Shown here: in pieces, positions 12,420 to 26,095 of the stretch
How positions within the stretch are numbered: the first letter of the stretch is position 1
Layout of the letters: every line of letters starts with the position of its first letter
Assembly (NCBI RefSeq): GCF_006345805.1
Contig: NC_042997.1
Coordinates: 27,094,001 to 27,158,000, forward strand
Reading direction: 5' to 3'
Origin: Octopus sinensis
Taxonomy: Eukaryota
Length of the DNA stretch: 64,000 nt
Made by a program: the position numbers and the translations under genes
The notes under the pieces: generated by a model
The model's input: only the letters and a program-made list of their open reading frames with translations
Told to the model about the DNA's origin: nothing
Database searches by the model: none

Positions 12420-15400
12420 TAGGCAGAGAAATATGTAGAAAGAATGGTTAGGGCAATCGATGCCTTCATATAAATGAGCTTTGTTAAGATCAAAAATATG
12501 TATAAGGAAATATGCCGTCATACATAATCAAACGTAGGCACATTATGATAGTATGGCTGCGGAAAAATACGTTTTCTAAACCTTGATAAAAAAAAATCAA
12601 GCCTGGCTTTTACTACGTTGAACAAGTGCATTGAATAATTCTTGCCAGTTTGGCTTCATCTCAGCTATTTGTGCTGTGTCATCTGAATATAGGAGAATAT
12701 TAATATTTAGTACATCAGTATTTATTTCAATATCATTTCATTAGATTTTGACTTTGTGAGGCTCTCCATTGAAAATTAATAAATGTGGCGATAAAACGTA
12801 CTTCGGCCTGACACCTTTACCAGTTTCAAAGGACTCTCTTTCGAGATAGTGTTCTAACTAGGTTTATGGTGATCTTAAAGTTGATTTAAGAGATGTGGCG
12901 AAAGGGTTGATGTCTTTATTTCTTTGGAAATCAACCCTTTTGCTACATCTCTTAAATCAACTTTATGATCACCATAAAACCACAGCTAGAAGAGTATCTC
13001 GGGATATGTCTATGTCTTTCAAAATATCCCATACCTTGTAGCAAGCAATACAGTCAAACGTTTTAATTTAATCAACAAAAGTGATAGCTACACCTATCTG
13101 AAACTCGTGTGATTCCATCAAAATTATAATCATATTAAAAACATGCGAGCAAGAGAAATGATATTCTTATGATTATGAACCTGGAAAATTACAGGACAAG
13201 TTTTTACACTTGGAAAAGTTCAAGACAACTTATTACATCTGGTAAAGTTCAGAACGAGAAAATGTTTACTTAAAAATATTACAGCTAAGGACAAAATTTC
13301 AAATAAAATATTTAGAATTAGAAAATATTAGCTTTCATTAAAACTATAACTTTTATAGTTATTACTTCTATTTGTTATTACTTGCTACTTATATTAAAAA
13401 TAAAGAATAGCTCAAAATATTTTGTACATTTTAAAAAATACCTTTTTAAATTATCAATTAATAATTTGGAAATTCAAAATAGGTTATAAAAAATACATGT
13501 AGTACATAATTAGTAGAATAAATAGAATAATACAAATATTAGTTATATATTACAGTAAAATCTACCTATAACAACAAATTCACAGTAACATTTGCTTGAG
13601 TTACTGCCTACGTTATTGTAAAGTCTTCAGATTTTTAGTTTTGACCCAATGCCTATTTTTTACATAATGAATTTTCCTACCATATATACTATTCTACTTT
13701 GCATAATACTTAAGCTATATTGGTACTTCTAACCCTCACGTTTTAAGTATTCTAGCGTGTCAATATTTTAACAAAAGGATGATACATTTTTTAAAATTAT
13801 AATGTTGCTTTGTAAATTAAAATCAAATAGTCTTTAATATTCAAATTTTATTCTTAGCTGAAATATTTTAAGTCACAATTTTCTTGTACTGTACATTACC
13901 AGATGTAATAAGATGTCCTGGACTTTTCCAAGTGTAATAACTTGTCCTGTAATTTTCCTGGTTTATAATCTTAAGAATATTATTTCTCTTGCTCGTATTT
14001 TTTCATGTAACCCATATTTTTTCCAGGCTATGCTATTATGCTAATTAATAACGTGTCAAATATGTTACTTAGCGGTGGCATTGATCATTTTTCCTTACCT
14101 CAATGATGCCGTAACATATATTAAAAGTCACCTTATAGAACTATATTCATAAAAAAGTATAGAACTATATTATCACTCTCAAGTTTTTGAGAAACAAACA
14201 CTCATAACCTTTTTCTTTTAAAACTTCAGTGTATGAAATTGATACCATGAAAGTTTTCGAATTGAGCTCTATCATTTAAGATTAAAATATAGTTTACTTT
14301 TAAAATAAAAAAGTTAATTGTACTTAAACCCAATTTTTTGCCTTTATATTTTTCATTATATTTTCATTATATATTTTACCTCACAACTTTTTTAAACAAA
14401 TTTTTGTTGCATAGGAACAAAGCTATGAAATTGGTCGTGTTTTCTTCTATCATTGAAGGGAAGATAAGTATATTTTCCTTTTAAAATAAAAAAAGTTATC
14501 TAGATTTAAACTTGACTACCTATAACGTTGCTACAAAATTTGATGTAACCTTTTTTCTACCGGATCAAATTATTGCTAGGGACTAGTCCTCTTCAAAAAA
14601 TTTAACAGGTTTTAATTTGGCTATGAGCTGAATTAGCAACAAGCTCTGAAAGATGCTGCGTGTGAGTAAATCGCGGCCTTAAGAATATTATTCGACTACA
14701 ACCGTAGTTGAATGATACCATATCTTGTGTCTCTGCCATTATAGAATCTATTGTTTTCTTGAAGAAATTTTTGTCAACACCTGAGAAAATTTTCTAATCG
14801 GTTTTCTTGATTTAAAGCATAAATTTTCTTGTCCAAGAAATAAATGTTATAGTTCAATATTTTCTGTCTCATATCCTGAAGATTAGAATATAAATGGACT
14901 TTTCCAGTCAGCTGGCTATTGGTTCTATGTCCAGTGCATTTGGAGTAGCTTTATTCATATTTCTACGCATTGATTGCATGTATTGAACATTTCAATTTGA
15001 ATTTCATCTACTCCGTAGGCTTTTCAAATTTCATAGCATTTAGTGCTCTTTCATATTCTGATTCCATTATTTGAGGTTCATTTGCATATTTAGTTATATT
15101 ATGTTTTCTTGATTTGATTAGAATTTTTGCATGACTGTATAATATACTCTTTCCATTGTGATTTTATTTCATTTTCTATATTTGAATATTATTAATTTAT
15201 TTCCTTACGGTTGAAATTCAGGATTGAATCCTTTGATGAACAACTAAATACTGTGATATAGATCTTAAGCTTTGTGTTTATTAAAATCTAATTCAAATTC
15301 ATTCCAGATTTCGGATATGTATTAATGTATTAATTTTTTTTCTTTTCTTCACTATCATTCAGAATCAAAGTTTATTTGCCTTAATATCTGTCCATTTTAT

Positions 15401-16110
15401 TTTGGATTCTTCATTTAAATTCCTTCCCTAGCTTTGCAATAGTTAATTGCCTTTTTTTTTTTGAAAACCAACAACAGGTTTTTGCCATATGAAATCTTGT
15501 AATATTTTTCCCCTTTGCATTTATAATGTACTATACTTCGTTCCAAATATTTTAGATTCATCGGTGAAAGTTAACTTGATATAAAGGTGACATAGCCTTA
15601 ACAAAAAAATAATTTGTAGAATTTATATAAAAGTATAAAATCATCGGTATCTTTTGTGCTTCTTTAATTTTTATTTTCCAAGAAGATATCAAGATCCACT
15701 TATTAACAGTCGTATTTGGTAAGATGTTTATTGAATGAACCAATCTTTTTCTGCCTTTATTTGAATAATCATATGATCAAAGTGATTTTCGTGTAATCTC
15801 ATTTCATGAAATTGTAGGAATATATTCATTATTCCCGGATCATTGGCTGAACCCGAATCGAGAAATCTCTAGCCAATTTCATTTCTGTATCTAAGACAGA
15901 CGGATTTTCCAGTTATAGGATGCGTTGCTTTATCTTTTGAGTCTAAATCGCCTACTATCCATTTGATGTCTGTCTTTGGAATCGCATCAATGATCTTTGG
16001 AAATTTTCGTCCAGTCAATTCATTTTATTTTCAGTGGTCGATGTTGTTAGTCTATATATTTGTATCAGTTTCGTATTATTAATTTTCTCTTGGGTTATTC
16101 AAGAGAGTAT
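12420..16110 (-). pseudogene. Heavily decayed RTE-clade LINE ORF2 (APE endonuclease plus RT), interrupted by insertions
   Basis: Minus-strand motifs appear in correct order: PKIIDAIPKTDIKWIVGDLD (~16000-15941, APE GDFN-like), EPQIMESEYERALN (~15080), KTFDCIACYKVWDILKDI (~13060), ETGKGVRPKYVLSPHL (~12830) and ILLYSDDTAQIAE (~12700). These parallel RTE/BovB motifs KAFDCV, GKGVRQGCILSP and YADD. Confidence 0.8.
13136..14003. mobile_element. Foldback/MITE with ~170-bp TIRs nested in the RTE relic
   Basis: 13136-13305 and 13838-14003 are reverse complements at roughly 80% identity by eye (GAGCAAGAGAAAT.ATATTCTTA, GGAAAATTACAGGACAAGTT, CTTATTACATCTGGTAA). Interior is AT-rich and non-coding. Confidence 0.8.
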
Positions 16111-16732
16111 TCTTATATTATTTGCTTTGTACTTTCTACCCTGTAACATATTTGAATATATGTTTGACAAAAATAAACGTCTTTCACTTTAATTTTAATT
16201 TTGCAATTAAAGTCGATATCAAGTTAGTTCGAGAAAAATCAACCTTTTTTGTCATTATTTTCATTGATCATACAATCAATTTAAATTCAGTATCGCACAA
16301 GGAAACAAGATAATGAATAACCTTCTAAGATAAATGACTATACAGCAGCATCACTGACAATAAACTGAAAACATTTTACGTGTTTAAATAACTCCTTTTC
16401 ATGTATTATATATTGATTTCAACTTTGCTTCATCATTTCATTTCTCACAATATTCACATCAAATTTCCATATATGCATCAATAAATATTCCAATATTATG
16501 TGTGTGTATGAAGCGGCCAGATGGAAACATAATTATTACACCGGGCGAAATGTTTACAAGCATACTGTCTTTTGCGTTGGGAGATCAAATTCCGCAGAGG
16601 TCCCCATTGGTTTACAACATATTGCGTTCGATAATTGTAAAAACTAATTGAGCAATTGGGATGTTTTAATTAATTTACTTACACCATCACCCAAAATTTC
16701 TGGTCTTGTCCCAAAATTTGAAATAAATGTTG

Positions 16733-16890
16733 TGTAGGAATGGCTGTGTGGTAAGTAGCTTGCTTACCAGCCACATGGTTCCGGGTTCAGTTCCACTGCA
16801 TGCCATCCTGGGCAAGTGTCTGCTACTATAGCCTCGGGCCGTCCAAAGTCTTGTGAGTGGATTTGGTAGACGGAAACTGAAAGAAACATG
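16733..16890 (+). mobile_element. SINE family B, 5' half
   Basis: GGAATGGCTGTGTGGTAAGTAGCTTGCTTACCAGCCACATGGTTCCGGGTTCAG...GGATTTGGTAGACGGAAACTGAAAGAA. Confidence 0.85.
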
Positions 16891-16937
16891 GCCGCAGCTC
16901 TGAGCTGAAACTAGAAAAAAAAACAATATATATATAT

Positions 16938-16991
<54 letters not shown>

Positions 16992-17276
16992 TGAGGGAGA
17001 TAAATTAATATTAATTTTAATATCATTTTAAAACCAGTAGTCTAGCATACAAAAAATCTGAAAAGTCAGAGAAAATTCTAATATATGTGTATATTGGCAG
17101 GGCAAGACTGCTAGGTAGTCATCAACGATCAAACTACAAAGAAAATTCTCTAGAGGAAAAATTCAGCGAACACCAGAACCAAATTTGGCGGGCAGGACAG
17201 ATGAAAATTTATATAAAAAACAGAATTAAATGCATACCTCGGTTTCGGCCTTTAACAAGAGAATTACATATATTTA

Positions 17277-17685
17277 CTCTTTTACTATTTTACTTGTTTC
17301 AGTCAATTGACTGCGGCCATGCTGGAGCACCGACTTTAAACGAGCAACTCGACCCCGGGGCTTATTCTTTTGTAAGCCCAGTACTTATTTTATCAGTTTC
17401 TTTTGCCGAACCGCTAAGTAACGGGGACATAAACACACCAGCATCGGTTGTCAAGCAATGCTAGGGGGACAAATACAGACACACAAACACACACACGCAC
17501 ATATATATATACATATATACGACGGGCTTCTTTCAGTTTCCGTCTACCAAATACATTCACAAGGTTTGGTCGGCTCGAGGCTATAGTAGAAGACACTTGT
17601 CCAAGGTGCCACGCAGTGGGACTGAACCCGGAACCATGTGGCTGGTAAACAAGCTACTTACCACATAGCCACTCCTGCCCCTATA
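17277..17685 (-). mobile_element. SINE family B, full length
   Basis: Same consensus as 49800-50280, 52510-52935 and 54760-55165: tRNA-like head, internal TA/CA microsatellite, GGTGCTCCAGCATGGCCGCAGTC tail, A-rich end. Confidence 0.9.
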
Positions 17686-17689
<4 letters not shown>

Positions 17690-17750
<61 letters not shown>

Positions 17751-18014
17751 TATATGTATATATGTATGTATGTGTGTGTATATATTTGTATGTCTGTGTT
17801 TCCCCCTCCCCACCAACATCGCTTGACAACCGGTTCGGCAAAAGAGAACGATAGAATAAGTACTAGGCTTGCAAAGAATGAATAAGTCCTGGGGTCCATT
17901 TGCTCGACTAAAAGCGGTGCTCCAGCATGGCCACAGTCACATGACTGAAACAAGTAAAAGAGTAAAAGAATGTATGTATGTATGTATTTTTAAACACACA
18001 CATACAGACATACC

Positions 18015-18052
<38 letters not shown>

Positions 18053-18395
18053 TATACGCATATAATATATATATATACATATACATATATATGTATGTAT
18101 ATGTGTATGTACGTATGTAGGTATGTCTGTATGTGTGTGTTTAAAAATACATACATACATACATTCTTTTACTCTTTTACTTGTTTCAGTCATGTGACTG
18201 TGGCCATGCTGGAGCACCGCTTTTAGTCGAGCAAATGGACCCCAAGACTTATTCATTCTTTGCAAGCCTAGTACTTATTCTATCGTTCTCTTTTGCCGAA
18301 CCGGTTGTCAAGCGATGTTGGTGGGGAGGGGGGAAACACAGACATACAAATATATACACACACATACATACATATATACATATATACATACATAT

Positions 18396-18437
<42 letters not shown>

Positions 18438-18450
18438 TATATATATATGT
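17690..18450. repeat. Near-perfect inverted duplication (~330-bp arms, centre ~18067) of a family-B SINE 3' half plus flank
   Basis: Mirror ORFs 17869-18120(+)/18014-18265(-) and 17908-18156(-)/17978-18226(+). Both arms share a private deletion (ACAACCGGTTCGGC) and a private insertion (AAGAATGAATAAG). Confidence 0.95.
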
Positions 18451-18775
18451 ATCTATATTTATTTATCTATTTAGTTATCTGCGTGTAGTGTATCTGCGTA
18501 CACACACACACACATATATAATTTAGAGAAAACCCTCTATTACACAATTCAATAATAAAAGATGTTATTCACACCATATAGAAAAACTAATAATATAAAA
18601 ACCTTATTCTAAAAATCAATAACATCTTTTTTCTATTGAATTGTTTAATAGAGGTTTTTCTCTAAATTATATACATATATTATGTATTGTGAAATTTGAT
18701 TTAAAATTGTTAAATTGAATGTTTCCCTGTAAGTTTCGGAGTTACTACTATTATATCTATCTATCTATCTATCTA

Positions 18776-18812
<37 letters not shown>

Positions 18813-19078
18813 GTAGGTTTGGAAATTCAATTTCTTAAGTACTCTCTTAAATACTTTCTTGTAAACTGTATTTTAATACTTGTAGCTGTATTTTAATGCT
18901 TTTGCGATAACCAGTAATTGACACATCAAAGCTTATACACACCTTTATATTTAACTTTTGACAATCTTTTTCGAAAAAAGTGAAACCGGTCAAGTCAATA
19001 AACATCTTTAAAATTGCTTTTTCAAACTTTCTTTCATATATAGTTCCACTCGTACGGTAACTTACAACTTTACTTTGT

Positions 19079-19300
<222 letters not shown>

Positions 19301-19679
19301 TGACACTGTATTTCAGTCGAAATTTCAATACAATTCAGAAATGCACTATATAATTATAGCTAACAATAATTATAAATATCATCATCATGCCATTGGTCTA
19401 AAATTAATGAAAACTAAAACGCCAGACGGAAAAAATAGGAAAAGCAAACAATAGACATTACAAAAATGTAACAATACTTCCTTCTAATTTGTAAGTGTGA
19501 CGTCAATGCTATATAAAGCAATATGTGTTTGTATTTGGGTGTATATGCGCATGTTTGTATACAGACGCGAGCACGTGTACACACACAACCTCTCATGCAC
19601 ATAGACACGCACATGTATACATATACACATATGTATATGTATGTACGCATATATGTATATATATATGTATATATATATA

Positions 19680-19728
<49 letters not shown>

Positions 19729-19789
19729 GTGTGTGTATATATATACATATATACATACATATATATATATATACGTATAGATAAAGATA

Positions 19790-19796
19790 GATAGAG

Positions 19797-19870
<74 letters not shown>
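19790..19870. repeat. (GATA)n/(GATT)n compound microsatellite
   Basis: Direct reading. Confidence 0.9.
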
Positions 19871-19871
<1 letters not shown>

Positions 19872-20189
19872 CTGGCAGACACATAGGGAGACAGACATGT
19901 AAGCAGACAGACACAGAGGCAGATATGAGACAGATAGTCAAACTGAAAGCTAAATAGATAGATAGATTAATCGATAGATAAATAGATAGGTAGATAGATA
20001 GATCGATAGAGAGAGAGGGTGAGGTGAGCCTGAGAGAGCGAGCGAGAGATATAGATATGGATATGGAGATACTTGTCTCTGTAAATGTGTATATTTGTGC
20101 GTAGCGTACAATATGAACGAAACACAAACAGCACCAATCAAAAGAGAGATGTTGTCATCATCGTACTCACCATGAAACGCATCAATATT

Positions 20190-20410
20190 ATCTTCTTCAT
20201 CATCATCATCATCATCATCATCATTATGACTACCACCACCACCAACATCATCCTCGGCATCATCATTATTTTCATAATTGTAGCTATTCCCAACACCTCC
20301 ATCACCACCACGACCACAAAAGCCACCACAACCACCACAACCACCACAACCACCACAACCACCACAACCACCACCATCAGCATCATCATCATCATCATCA
20401 TCATCATAAA
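20190..20410. repeat. Compound (CAT)n/(ACC/ACA)n trinucleotide repeat
   Basis: Direct reading; it is the source of the poly-I/T and poly-M/V ORFs. Confidence 0.9.
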
Positions 20411-20689
20411 CGTCATCAACTTAACATCGATATCATAGCCATTGTCAGTAAAAATAAAATGCAATGATTCAAATATGCATGACTTTTATGAATCGAACTG
20501 TTATTGATTTCCATTGTATATGTCCATTGATCAGTCTTGTAGGTTATTCATGTGGATTTGCGTACTTGAAAATATGAATGTAAATTTGAGTTTGTGAATA
20601 TGTGCATCTCTGGATATGTATATGTATATGTATGTGTATGTTTGATTGCTAGCCACTAAACATTTTTTTTTATTTATTTTCTCTCCCTG

Positions 20690-20849
20690 TTTATTTCTGT
20701 GTTCCTTTCTGTTGAAGAGCGTAGGCTCGAAACGTAAAATACTTTTTTCACTTCCAGAGCGTTAAGCTAATACATCTGTATGTTGTTTACACACCCGTCT
20801 TCGTCTTTTGCTTTCTTAGTTTTTTTTATTGTCTTTCTTTGTAAATTCC

Positions 20850-20855
<6 letters not shown>
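20690..20855 (+). mobile_element. Dispersed element with hammerhead-like motif, ending in (TA)n
   Basis: CTTT-CTGTTGA-A-GAGC-GTAG-GCTC-GAAAC-GTA-AAAT at 20705-20740, then the shared tail GAGCGTTAAGCTAATACATCTG...GTAAATTCC and (TA)n. Confidence 0.65.
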
Positions 20856-20911
<56 letters not shown>

Positions 20912-20929
20912 TATATGTAAGTATATATA

Positions 20930-21200
<271 letters not shown>

Positions 21201-21915
21201 TACATACATACATATACATGTATATACATATATGTATATTTGTATGTATACTTATATATATACATACATACACCCCCCCACACACACACACAAGTATTTA
21301 TCTATCTATTTATATTGATATATATACCCAGGTATGTATATATATAGAGGAAGACATGGTTGTGCGTATGTCTAACGGAAACTGACACATCTTTCAATTA
21401 AGCTCTCATATACATATAAACACACCACTATTCACATACTAACATCTGACTTTGGCGCTCCTGTACACACACCGGTACACGGGCACTAACATCCCTATAG
21501 AATTCTTCCTCTCATTTTTTCTTTCTCTGTCCCTCACTCTATTACAGGCTAATATGTCAACCCTTAAAGTATATACTCACAGACATATATATTTATGTAT
21601 GTATGGATGTATGTATGTATGTATGTATGTATGTATGTATGTACGTATGTATGTATGTATGTATGTGTACAAAAAGACGGAGGGAGATAGCGAAAGTCAA
21701 ATAATGTGAGAAGTATGCAAAAATACATATTCAACATTTTATAGATATATTGATTTAATTTTATTGTTTTCAAAGTTCTTTGAGATTTGAAAGCATATTT
21801 TGCCATGAAAACATGGATTACTACTTCCGAACAGCTTTATTTTTATGAATATCAGATAAATGTATAAAGCATGAAATCATCATATCTTGATGTACAGATT
21901 GACGCATAAAAATGA

Positions 21916-21963
<48 letters not shown>

Positions 21964-22553
21964 GACCACATGTGTGCATATATATATGTACGTATGTACT
22001 TATGGGTATGTATATTGTATGTATATATGTATATGTATGAGTAAGAATTACCTATAGACATCTCACACTCAAACTGTAATATACATACATAAATATACAT
22101 ACACATATGAATGAATACATACATATATACGCCCACATGTGTGCATATATGTATGTATGTATGTGTGTATGTACTTATGAGTATTTATATTGTGTATATA
22201 TATGCGTTTAAGATATCTTAGTTTGAATAAGAAACCTTATGCAAAAATAAATATCTCAAATATTTAAATTTGAAAATTATTTCGTTAGAATGATATATTC
22301 AGTTTGACTTTTGTTGCTTTCTGTGAGATTCATGATTAGATAACTTAATCTTACGTATGTACATAAACTTTTTTTGACTATTTATACTTGTCTTAATTTT
22401 TGAAACTGTTCTTCTTAAAAAGCACTAATTCTCTTACGAAGATATATTAGATATAATTACGTTTCTGATGTTATTGATTCTGGGCGGGGCAGAATCAATG
22501 CGTCATCCGAGAAATGACGTCTGCTCGAATGCTGCCACCTTCCTTTCCATTAC

Positions 22554-22586
<33 letters not shown>

Positions 22587-22999
22587 CATGTATTTATCCC
22601 CCCTCTCTCTCTGTATATATGTATATATATATATAAATGTATGTGTGCGCGCGCGTGTGTATAAAATAAGAATACAAATGTTTTAAATGTTAACTGCAGG
22701 TGTTTCAAATTGGTGTTTTATTGATTAATATTTTATTTACATCCTGAAAAGAAAAGCATTTTCTTTAGATGAATTAAAAATTTGGTATTTGGTTTGGAAT
22801 TTACATTCGATCATGAAACTGCATGCCGCTGTGTATGGGAATATATAGATTTGCTTGTATATGGCATATACACCGATGTGCTGATTTTGCCCCTCGCTTT
22901 GTGTCATTAATAGCAAGATACCTTGATTTTAACGAATCCTGCAGTTATAACCGTTTATATATATATGTGTATTTCTCTCTTCGTTTTATTTCTTTATCT

Positions 23000-23165
23000 C
23001 TCCGTTTTTTCGCCTCTCAATTCTTTCTGTCGAAGAGCGTAGATTTGAAGTGTCAAAGACTTTTCAATCTTCCAGCGCGTTAAACCAATACTATTGCTTC
23101 TTCCTTCACCTGTCTTCGTCTTCGTGACCAGTTTTTGAGACAAGACCCTAGTCACATTTAGTGAT
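23000..23165 (+). mobile_element. Dispersed element with hammerhead-like motif (degenerate copy)
   Basis: TCTTT-CTGTCGA-A-GAGC-GTAG-ATTT-GAAGT-GTC-AAAGA at 23022-23059, with the same tail, followed by (TA)n. Confidence 0.55.
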
Positions 23166-23187
23166 GCATATGCATATATATACATAT

Positions 23188-23290
<103 letters not shown>

Positions 23291-23355
23291 TGTATGTATG
23301 TATGTATGTATGTATTAGAAGGTTTGGAGGTGATGTACAGGTATTATATATTAGA

Positions 23356-23672
23356 AAGAATAAGGTACTCAGAAATCAGGATAGTTGTACATTTACAGAT
23401 TTTTATTAATATCTCACATGCTTTTATAAATCATATATAATAGCGCTTGCATCTACTCGAGTATATTCTTCAGGTTTTAATATTTGTTATGGGGATTCCT
23501 CTCATTTTATAGTATTATTGAGTGTGTAGAGGTGGAGAGATATATAATATACAAAAAAGAGGGTGAGAAACAGGGAGAAAGTGAGAGAAAGTGTGTGTGT
23601 GAGTGTGTATCTCTATATACATATACATACATACGTACATATGTATATATATAAACACATATATATATATAT

Positions 23673-23769
<97 letters not shown>

Positions 23770-24304
23770 GTATATAAATATTACCTAAAATGCTAGCGAT
23801 TTAACGATAATTTCTCTGCAAACCTCAAAGAATTTAAAGTGAGATCTTGCAGAAAAGACGAAAGCACTGTGTTTATAACGAATGCACGCTTCCAAATACA
23901 AGTAACCTGCATCACGCTAGATCAGACCTGTTTTTGCAAGTTCAACTTCAACGTAAGACAAATACAAAAATTACTATCATCTATACTTTTATATGTATGT
24001 GTGTATGAAGAAACCCTCAATAACACACACATAAACATATACATACACACAGACACAGAAATACTCACACACATATATGTATGTATGTACGTATGTATAA
24101 CCGTTCCATTCAGCATCTCTCGGCCTGCGGCTTGGACTCTGGCATCGTTTTTCCTAAACTCACTTCCAAGGGAAAAGAATAAGGTACTCAGAAATCAGGA
24201 TGGTTGTACATTTACAGATTTTTATTAATATGTCACATGCTTTTATAAATCATATATAATAGCGCTTGCATCTACTCGGGTAGATTCTTCAGGTTTGAAT
24301 ATTT
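23356..24304. repeat. 130-bp direct repeat (23356-23485 and 24175-24304)
   Basis: AAGAATAAGGTACTCAGAAATCAGGAT...AGCGCTTGCATCTACTCG..TA.ATTCTTCAGGTTT is present twice, 819 bp apart. Confidence 0.9.
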
Positions 24305-25941
24305 TCTTCTTTAAAGCTTAACTTTCAGTTGAGATTATCTCCTCAATTTTTTAAATTGCACTTTCATCCCAACCTGATCTAGAGTTTGACACTTTACTCC
24401 ACTGACTCCCCTCTCTTTCCCACTAATTTACAGCAGCACTCAGCCCACTCTGCTCTTTTCCTCTATTATCCACACCTCAGACAACCCAACACCTACACTC
24501 ACATCATCCGCAAACTTTAAATCCTAGCCTCTGAATATACATCCCTATACCCAACTCCCTTCAGTGACACCGCCTACAACAGAGACTCCCTTCACTTGTA
24601 TCATGTCGTCCGCCGGAGCGACGATGACTATCATGTAATCTTAGAACGATTGAAGACTTGCGCGAGAACTTTAATGAGAAGAGTTGCATACCATCCTCAC
24701 TCTTTTGCCTACGCTTGTCTTTATTCCTGTGATAAGACCAGGTCAAGACGACTAGAGATGGAGAAGGCTGCCTTGAATAACCAAGCTGCGTTTACATGTC
24801 TCATCTTACTCTCTGCACTCCATGATCCGTTGTTGCCTCCCGCTTCCCTTTCGTTGAATCACAAAGGTTACTTCCACATTGTCCTGCTACTTTGGACTCA
24901 GGGATGTGCTCTACTCTGTCTCAAAAAAGACCCGAGGAAAATTGTGTCTAAGAGGTGTTTTCGCACTTCTCAATATCCTGGAGATCCCTAACTAGGGTCT
25001 CGCAAGCCGATACACTTGAAAGCACTACTCAGAACAAAATTTCCCATTAGCAAATATAAATATTTTAAAGATATGAGTATTTTTAAGAGTATAATATATT
25101 AGTATGTATATACGCATATGTGTGTGAGAGTGTGTGAACTAGGGACGGCTGATGAATGGGAGTCTTCCTTGTGTAGTTGTCTCGTACTCTGTTTTTTCGT
25201 TGTTCCGAAAATGCATAAATAACGGGCTTTTTACATTATTTGTGCATTGAGCACTTACAGCTGTGTCTGATATACATTTTGGGTGAGTTCATGGTTTAAC
25301 TTACCTGCTCGTTCGAGTGATCGATTGAAAATATTGTGAACAACTGTTAGAATTCTATCGTGAACAGAGTCCAACACATCCACTTAAAAAGTAAAGGAAG
25401 ATAGAAAGATAGAAAAGAAAAGATTGAAAGAAAGAAATAGGTAGGACAGAGGAGGCATTTTGCTGATTGCTGAATCTATATGGAACTACGTCGTCTGTTT
25501 CGGGCTATCGGCCTTAAGCTATTATTGTCCCTTACAATGGTTGAAAACTATTAGCATCCGGTATCGAAATTTGATACCCAAAAACTTCTTTCGAGGTTGA
25601 TGTTTGGCGAATTCCACAATGCCTTCGACGATGATGGCGATTACTACTATAATTCGGACATTATTGTTTGGTCGTTGCTTGGTTATGCAAACCGGAGGTA
25701 GTTTAGATATTTCTAGTAATAGCATTCTGATGGCTCAATAGCACTCTATTGGCTCAAGAAAACAGAGAAGAGAGAGAATAACAGATATTCATATTATATA
25801 TATATTTATATTTTATATGTGTATGTATATACATAAATATATATACTTTTAACGAATATATATATATACATATATATACACACACACTCGCACATACACA
25901 CACATATATATATACATATATCTGTGTGTATGAATATATTT

Positions 25942-25944
<3 letters not shown>

Positions 25945-25999
<55 letters not shown>

Positions 26000-26041
26000 G
26001 GATCGATCGATCGATAGATCGATAGATAGATATATATAGAG

Positions 26042-26080
<39 letters not shown>

Positions 26081-26095
26081 CAGATAGATATAGAT
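25945..26095. repeat. (GATA)n microsatellite
   Basis: Direct reading. Confidence 0.95.

Noticed and set aside
11990-12420. Possible L1/Tx1-type zinc-knuckle remnant (ENLTHLL) on the minus strand
   Set aside because: Too degenerate; the cysteine pattern is not recoverable.
25550-25712. Plus-strand frame FGEFHNAFDDDGDYYYNSD in non-repetitive sequence
   Set aside because: Short, bounded by stops, with no start or splice support and no recognisable family.
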